A stretch of 32,254 bases of DNA, taken from Magnetospirillum sp. (GTDB lineage: Bacteria > Pseudomonadota > Alphaproteobacteria > Rhodospirillales > Magnetospirillaceae). Below are positions 27,028 to 32,254 of this stretch, piece after piece; positions within the stretch are counted from its first letter, which is position 1; each line of letters opens with the position of its first letter. Below the pieces are notes generated by a model, which was not told the DNA's origin, ran no database searches, and saw only the letters and a program-made list of their open reading frames with translations. The DNA lies in assembly GCA_043744055.1 (NCBI GenBank), contig JAYTWE010000156.1, positions 1 through 32,254 on the forward strand. The letters run 5' to 3'. A program made the position numbers and the translations under genes.

Positions 27028-27875
27028 CCTCCCGGAAGCAAAAACCTAGTTTCCTCCAAGACTGCAACCTGTATTCAAGGCTTTGCCTCGTGCTCGGTAA
27101 GGGATCCCGCGACATTATCGAGGCCGCGCTTCTTTGGCGGCTTTGGACGCGCATGGGATGGCTGGATACGATCCGACGCTATCGGCGGACGCTGCTGGGT
27201 CCGTTTTGGACCAGCCTCAGCGTCGCCGTCTTCATCGGAACTGTAGGCATTGTGTATTCCGGTGTGTTCGGCCAAGATATCTCGGTATATCTGCCCTTTT
27301 TGTGCTCCGGCTTCGTGGTCTGGGCTCCGCTGGTGACCTTCGTCACCGAAAGCTGCGGCGTGTTAGCGGGGGCTGAAGGTATCCTGAAGCAGGCACGGCT
27401 ACCCTATACTATCTTTATCCTGAGTGGCGTGGTGCGAAACCTGGTCGTCTTCGCCCATCACCTGCTGGTCTTCATCGTGGTCGCCCTGATCTTTCACGTG
27501 AAGGTCAACCTGAATACCCTGTTGGTTTTTCCTGCTATCGTACTCCTCTCGATCAACGCGGTCTGGGTTGGTCTTCTTGTCAGCATCTGCTGCACCCGCT
27601 TCCGAGACCTGACCCAGATCATATCCAGCCTGATGCAGGTGGCGTTCTTCATCACCCCGATCTTCTGGACGCCCGGCCAAGCTTCCGGCTGGCGGGGGGT
27701 TCTGGTGGTATTGAACCCCCTCTACCACTTTGTCGATATTCTTCGGTCTCCCCTGCTGGGGGAGGCGCCAAGCCAGTTGAGCTGGATGGTGGTGGCCGGT
27801 GCATCGGTGCTTGGCTGGGGCATAACCCTGACCATTTTCAACCGCCTCCGTAGCCGCCTGATCTATTGGATGTGA
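27024..27875 (+). CDS. wzm: Polysaccharide ABC exporter permease (Wzm)
   Basis: RRYRRTLLGPFW, RFRDLTQII, FFITPIFW and NPLYHFVDILRSPLLG, with about 6 TM segments. The start is uncertain (TTG overlapping the upstream stop). Confidence 0.9.
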   Translation: MTSRKQKPSFLQDCNLYSRLCLVLGKGSRDIIEAALLWRLWTRMGWLDTIRRYRRTLLGPFWTSLSVAVFIGTVGIVYSGVFGQDISVYLPFLCSGFVVWAPLVTFVTESCGVLAGAEGILKQARLPYTIFILSGVVRNLVVFAHHLLVFIVVALIFHVKVNLNTLLVFPAIVLLSINAVWVGLLVSICCTRFRDLTQIISSLMQVAFFITPIFWTPGQASGWRGVLVVLNPLYHFVDILRSPLLGEAPSQLSWMVVAGASVLGWGITLTIFNRLRSRLIYWM

Positions 27876-27881
27876 AATGCC

Positions 27882-28631
27882 ATGGCCACCATTGAACTAC
27901 GCAATGTCGGCATCCAATTCCCCATCTATGGCTCCAGCGCCCGCAGCTTTCGCCATGTCCTGTTCGCCCGCCATACCGGCGGAGCGGCCCAGGCCATGGG
28001 CGGGCGCGTCGTCGTCACCGCCCTGGAAGACATCACCTTCGATATCGAAGATGGCGACAGGGTCGGGTTGGTCGGCCACAATGGGGCGGGGAAATCCACC
28101 CTCCTTCGGGTCCTGGCCAAGGTCTATGAGCCAACGTCAGGCTCGGTAACCGTCAACGGTCGGATCTCGTCACTGTTCAATCCTGCCCTCGGCATGGACC
28201 CGGACGACAGCGCCATCGAGAATATCCGCTCGGTCGGCATGTTCCTTGGCATGACCAGCCGGGAAATCGACGGTAAAATTGACGATATCGCCGAGTTTAG
28301 CGAATTGGGCGATTTCCTCAATTTACCTGTCCGCACCTATTCCTCGGGCATGCAGGTTCGTCTGTCCTTTGCCATCGCCACCGCGATCGAGCCCGAGATC
28401 CTGCTGCTCGACGAAGGCTTTGGCATGGGTGATGCCCGCTTCGCCGAACGGGCTCAGGTACGGATGCAAAATCTCCTTAGCCGGACACGGGCCATGGTCC
28501 TGGCCACCCATTCCGACAGTCTGCTGCGCCAGATGTGCAACAAGGCCGTTCTGTTGGACGGCGGCAAGATGGTGGCCATGGGGCCGGTTGACGACATTTT
28601 GGATATGTATGCCCGAGGTTGGCGGGCGTGA
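27882..28631 (+). CDS. wzt: Polysaccharide ABC exporter ATPase (Wzt), without C-terminal extension
   Basis: Walker A GHNGAGKST, signature YSSGM, Walker B LLLDE and H-loop ATH. 249 aa. Confidence 0.93.
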   Translation: MATIELRNVGIQFPIYGSSARSFRHVLFARHTGGAAQAMGGRVVVTALEDITFDIEDGDRVGLVGHNGAGKSTLLRVLAKVYEPTSGSVTVNGRISSLFNPALGMDPDDSAIENIRSVGMFLGMTSREIDGKIDDIAEFSELGDFLNLPVRTYSSGMQVRLSFAIATAIEPEILLLDEGFGMGDARFAERAQVRMQNLLSRTRAMVLATHSDSLLRQMCNKAVLLDGGKMVAMGPVDDILDMYARGWRA

Positions 28632-29185
28632 CGCGCCTTAGACCGGCGGTATTCCTTGACCGCGACGGGGTCTTGAACCGCCCCCTGATCATCGAGGGAA
28701 AGCCCTACGCCCCTCGGCACATGAAAGATTTCCGTTTGCTCCCCGGCGTCGCGGCGGCGGCGACGCGGCTGCGGGCGGCCGGATTTGTCACCGTGGTGGT
28801 GACTAATCAACCCGATATCGGCAATCGTCTGGTTGATCCGGTGGACGTAGCTGCCATGAATGCCCGGCTGCGCCAGCGCGTCGCCATCGACGACCTTCGC
28901 ATGTGCCCCCATCGCCGGGAGGATCTTTGCGCCTGCCGAAAGCCAAAGCCCGGAATGTTGCTGGCTGCTGCGGACGAGTTGGGACTTGATCTCCAGCGGA
29001 GCTACATGGTGGGCGATCGTGGCGGCGATATCGTTGCCGGTCTCGCCGCGAAATGCTACACGATACTCGTCCATCGTCCCTATAAAGAGCCTTTGGGCGC
29101 AGAGCCAAATGCGCGGGTAACATGCTTGGCGCAGGCTGTGGAACTTATTCTGAAGAGGGAAACCGGTGGTCATCGTGGCAAATGA
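28628..29185 (+). CDS. gmhB: HAD-IIIA phosphatase, GmhB-like (heptose-1,7-bisphosphate phosphatase type)
   Basis: FLDRDGVLN, VVTNQ, Zn motif CPH.....CACRKPKPGM and MVGDR..DI. GTGA overlap with wzt. Confidence 0.88.
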   Translation: MTRLRPAVFLDRDGVLNRPLIIEGKPYAPRHMKDFRLLPGVAAAATRLRAAGFVTVVVTNQPDIGNRLVDPVDVAAMNARLRQRVAIDDLRMCPHRREDLCACRKPKPGMLLAAADELGLDLQRSYMVGDRGGDIVAGLAAKCYTILVHRPYKEPLGAEPNARVTCLAQAVELILKRETGGHRGK

Positions 29186-29894
29186 ACAGCTTCGCATTAA
29201 GATCTTCGCCGACGGTGCCGATCTTGACAGTATTCTGAAGCTTTATGGCAATCCTCAGATTTCCGGCTTCACCACCAACCCAACCCTTATGCGCAAGGCG
29301 GGAATCGTCGATTACGAGGCTTTTGCCCGCGCGGTCCTGGCCGCCATTCCCGACCGGCCGGTATCATTCGAAGTCTTCGCCGATGACTTGGCCGGAATGG
29401 AAGCCCAGGCCCGCGCCATCGCCTCGTGGGCTCCTAATGTCAATGTCAAGATCCCGGTCACCAATACCAAGGGTGAGTTCACCGGCCCAGTCATCAAAGC
29501 CCTGTCCACCGACGGCATCGTGCTGAACATCACCGCGATCATGACCGAAGCGCAGGTAGCGGCAGTGACCGAATGCCTCGCTCCCGAAACCTCAGCCATC
29601 GTTTCCGTCTTCGCCGGCCGTATCGCCGATACGGGATACGATCCTATGCCGCTAATGCAGCGCTGCCTCGACATCATGACCATCCGGCCCAAGGCCGAAT
29701 TGCTGTGGGCCAGCCCACGGGAGTTGCTGAACATCTTCCACGCCGACAGCATCGGCTGCCACATCATTACGGTAACCAGCGACCTCCTGGCTAAGCTGGC
29801 CCTGGTCGGCAAGGATCTAGACGCCTTTTCATTGGAAACGGTGCAGATGTTCTACAAGGACGCGACGGCGGCGAAGTATTCCATTCGCGTCTGA
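29166..29894 (+). CDS. Transaldolase (short Tal/FSA-type), glycan-cluster-associated
   Basis: IFADGAD, GFTTNPTLM, SFEV, Schiff-base VKIP, LNIT, SVFAGRI and WASPR. Start is GTG 29166 or 29175. Confidence 0.92.
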   Translation: MVIVANEQLRIKIFADGADLDSILKLYGNPQISGFTTNPTLMRKAGIVDYEAFARAVLAAIPDRPVSFEVFADDLAGMEAQARAIASWAPNVNVKIPVTNTKGEFTGPVIKALSTDGIVLNITAIMTEAQVAAVTECLAPETSAIVSVFAGRIADTGYDPMPLMQRCLDIMTIRPKAELLWASPRELLNIFHADSIGCHIITVTSDLLAKLALVGKDLDAFSLETVQMFYKDATAAKYSIRV

Positions 29895-29912
29895 GGCTAA
29901 GGAATAATCATT

Positions 29913-31460
29913 ATGCTGGATGAGCGCTACAAGGCGAAGATCAAGACTGCGGAGGAGCTGTTCGAGATCCTTGGCCCGCCGCCGCGCCAGCATAAGGTCA
30001 TCATGTGCCACGGCACATTCGATGTGGTTCATCCCGGTCATGTCCGCCACCTAATGTACGCCAAGAGCAAGGCGGCTGTTCTGGTGGCCAGCCTGACCTG
30101 CGACGCTCATATCGGGAAGGCCAACTTCCGTCCCTTCGTTCCCGAGGAATTACGGGCGCTTAATTTGGCCGCCCTGGAAATGGTCGATTACGTAGTGATC
30201 GACAGCGAGCCGACACCATTAAAGAATCTTGCCGTCATCAAGCCCGACTATTTCGCCAAGGGGTACGAATACGTCGCGTCCGGCTTACATCCCAAAAGCA
30301 GAGAAGAAAAGGAAGTCATTGATTCCTACGGTGGTGAGTTTCTCTTCACCCCCGGGGATATCGTTTATTCATCCTCCCGGATCATCGACATGGAGCCCCC
30401 GAATATTTCCGCCGATAAGCTGTGGGCGCTGATGGATGCGGAAAATATCAGTTTTGGCGATTTGCGCGCGGCCCTTGACCGCATCCCCGGCCTCAAGGTC
30501 CATGTGGTCGGCGATACCATCGTCGATTCCTATACCGAGACCACCATGATCGGCGGCCAGACCAAGACTCCGACCATCTCGGTCCGCTACGAAGGACAGC
30601 GCGACTATGTGGGCGGCGCCGGTGTGGTGGCCAAGCATCTGCGCGCTGCCGGAGCGGAGGTCACATTCACCACCGTACTGGGCAACGACCGCTGGAAAAG
30701 CTTTGTCCTCGACGATCTCGCCCAAACAGGCATTACCGTCAATGCCATCATCGACGAGACCCGCCCGACCACGAACAAGAATGCCATCGTCTGCGGCGAC
30801 TATCGGATGCTCAAGATCGACACCTTGGATAACCGGCCCATCTCCGAAAAAATCCAGGCCCAATGTCAGGGCGCCATCTCCGGCACCCTGGTGGATTGCG
30901 TGGTCTTCAGTGATTTCCGCCACGGTATCTTCAGCCGGGGCAGTATCCCAGACCTGATCAAGGCCATTCCCGCTGGAGCCTTCCGGGTGGCCGATAGCCA
31001 AGTCGCGAGCCGCTGGGGAAACATCCTTGAATTTCATAGTTTTGACTTGATTACCCCCAACGAGCGAGAAGCACGCTTCGCTCTAGGCGACCAGGATTCC
31101 GTCATCCGCCCCCTGGCCCTCAAACTGTTCCGCGAGGCCAAGTGCAACAACCTGATTCTGAAACTGGGGGAACGTGGTTTGCTGGCCTATCGCCAGCGCG
31201 ACGATCTCGATGACCTGCGTTCATTTTTTGTGGTCGACAGCTTTGCCGAGCACGTCAAGGACGCCGTCGGATCAGGTGACGCCTTACTCGCCTATGCCAC
31301 TCTGGCCGAGGTCGCGACCCATAATACAGTCATCGCTGCAATTCTGGGTGCCTTTGCCGCCGCCGTGGAATGCGAGCTTGACGGCAATATTCCCGTAACC
31401 CCCACCGCCGTCCGCAAGAAAATTGACAGCGCCGAGCGGCGCGTTCACTTTCAAGGTTAA
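29913..31460 (+). CDS. Bifunctional nucleotidyltransferase + PfkB sugar kinase (HldE/RfaE-like, reversed domain order)
   Basis: The N-terminus has GTFDVVHPGH (HxGH), RP, KGYEY and YSSS. The C-terminus has VVGDTIVDSY, GGAGVVA, RPTTNK, FSDF, ITPNEREA, KLGERG and DAVGSGDA. Confidence 0.9.
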   Translation: MLDERYKAKIKTAEELFEILGPPPRQHKVIMCHGTFDVVHPGHVRHLMYAKSKAAVLVASLTCDAHIGKANFRPFVPEELRALNLAALEMVDYVVIDSEPTPLKNLAVIKPDYFAKGYEYVASGLHPKSREEKEVIDSYGGEFLFTPGDIVYSSSRIIDMEPPNISADKLWALMDAENISFGDLRAALDRIPGLKVHVVGDTIVDSYTETTMIGGQTKTPTISVRYEGQRDYVGGAGVVAKHLRAAGAEVTFTTVLGNDRWKSFVLDDLAQTGITVNAIIDETRPTTNKNAIVCGDYRMLKIDTLDNRPISEKIQAQCQGAISGTLVDCVVFSDFRHGIFSRGSIPDLIKAIPAGAFRVADSQVASRWGNILEFHSFDLITPNEREARFALGDQDSVIRPLALKLFREAKCNNLILKLGERGLLAYRQRDDLDDLRSFFVVDSFAEHVKDAVGSGDALLAYATLAEVATHNTVIAAILGAFAAAVECELDGNIPVTPTAVRKKIDSAERRVHFQG

Positions 31461-31462
31461 TC

Positions 31463-32254
31463 ATGCGCGTCATCGTCGTCGGTCTGGGTATCCAGGGCTA
31501 TAAGCGACGTAAATTCGCCGGGCCGGACTTTGTTGCCGCCGTTGATCCCGTCAATCCGGAGGCACAATACCGGTCCTTGGCCGAGGTCCCGCCGGACAGC
31601 TATGACGCAGCCCTGTGCTGCGTGCCCGACGAGCCTAAGGTCGAGTTGCTCTCTGCCTTGCTGGGCGCGGGCAAGCATGTGCTGGTCGAAAAACCGCTCT
31701 GGGCACCTGCCGATGACCAGTTGGGGGCTCTGCAGAGTTTAGCGCGGGATCGGGGAGTCCAGTGCTGCACCGCCTATAACCACCGGTTCGAGCCGCATTT
31801 TATGCGCATGCGTGACCTGATCGCCAGCGGCGATCTGGGTCGACTTTACCGCTGTCGCATGTTTTACGGTAATGGCACCGCCCGATTGGTCCGCGAATCG
31901 GCGTGGCGCGACCAGGGAGCCGGGGTGCTGCCTGACCTGGCGTCCCATCTGCTGGACACCGCCGCCTTCTGGTTCGGCCAACCACAGGGGGGCTTTCGCG
32001 TCACCTCGGTGTCATGTTTCGAGAACCGCGCTCCTGACCATGTGGTCATCGCCAGCGAAGGGCCCGGCCCCAAGCTAGAATTGGAAATGACCTTGCTGCA
32101 GTGGCGCAACCACTTTACCTGCGACCTGCTGGCCGAAGGCGGTTCCGCCCATATCCGCTCGCTGTGCAAGTGGGGCCCCAGCACTTTTACACTACGCACA
32201 CGCATGTTGCCTAGCGGGCGGCCACCCGAAGAATCGGTGGTGCTTGCGCAGGAC
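31463..32254 (+). CDS. Gfo/Idh/MocA-family NAD(P)-dependent oxidoreductase; 3'-truncated by the window edge
   Basis: Absent from the ORF track because it has no stop. Manual translation gives MRVIVVGLGIQG...GKHVLVEKPL...AYNHRFEP...GAGVLPDLASHLLD, open to the last base. Confidence 0.9.
   Translation, partial: MRVIVVGLGIQGYKRRKFAGPDFVAAVDPVNPEAQYRSLAEVPPDSYDAALCCVPDEPKVELLSALLGAGKHVLVEKPLWAPADDQLGALQSLARDRGVQCCTAYNHRFEPHFMRMRDLIASGDLGRLYRCRMFYGNGTARLVRESAWRDQGAGVLPDLASHLLDTAAFWFGQPQGGFRVTSVSCFENRAPDHVVIASEGPGPKLELEMTLLQWRNHFTCDLLAEGGSAHIRSLCKWGPSTFTLRTRMLPSGRPPEESVVLAQD

Noticed and set aside
1-32254. CRISPR arrays, tRNA/rRNA genes, integrases, transposases, prophage genes
   Set aside because: None were recognised by eye. 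Intergenic gaps are short and show no periodic repeat-spacer pattern.

Overview
GC-rich bacterial chromosomal segment. Gene content, a CGTC-type REP dimer and a GAAC-N7-GAAC-like box suggest an Alphaproteobacterium, probably Rhodospirillales; this is an inference. The left part (1-8.2 kb) holds the 3' end of an HddA-like GHMP sugar kinase, a secreted DUF992 protein, AbrB-family and NAD kinase genes, a frameshifted recQ, a REP dimer, a small probably SOS-regulated ORF, moaA and a DUF2478-DUF364 fusion. From 8.2 kb onward lies a large surface-glycan locus in three blocks. (i) A + strand GT4/deacetylase/GT4/GT2/GT4 operon is interrupted by an RHH-ParE toxin-antitoxin pair flanked by an 11-bp direct repeat. 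(ii) A - strand block encodes a nucleotide-sugar dehydrogenase, GT9, two SAM methyltransferases, two AsnB-type amidotransferases, a GT-C-like membrane protein and a GT2-GtrA fusion. (iii) A + strand block encodes two GT4s, Wzm/Wzt, a GmhB-like phosphatase, a dedicated transaldolase, a domain-reversed HldE-like enzyme and a Gfo/Idh/MocA oxidoreductase that runs off the window. The best candidate for new biology is block iii, possibly with the GHMP kinase: a non-canonical higher-carbon (heptose or octose) nucleotide-sugar pathway feeding an ABC-exported glycan. All family calls come from motif recognition by eye; no searches were run.
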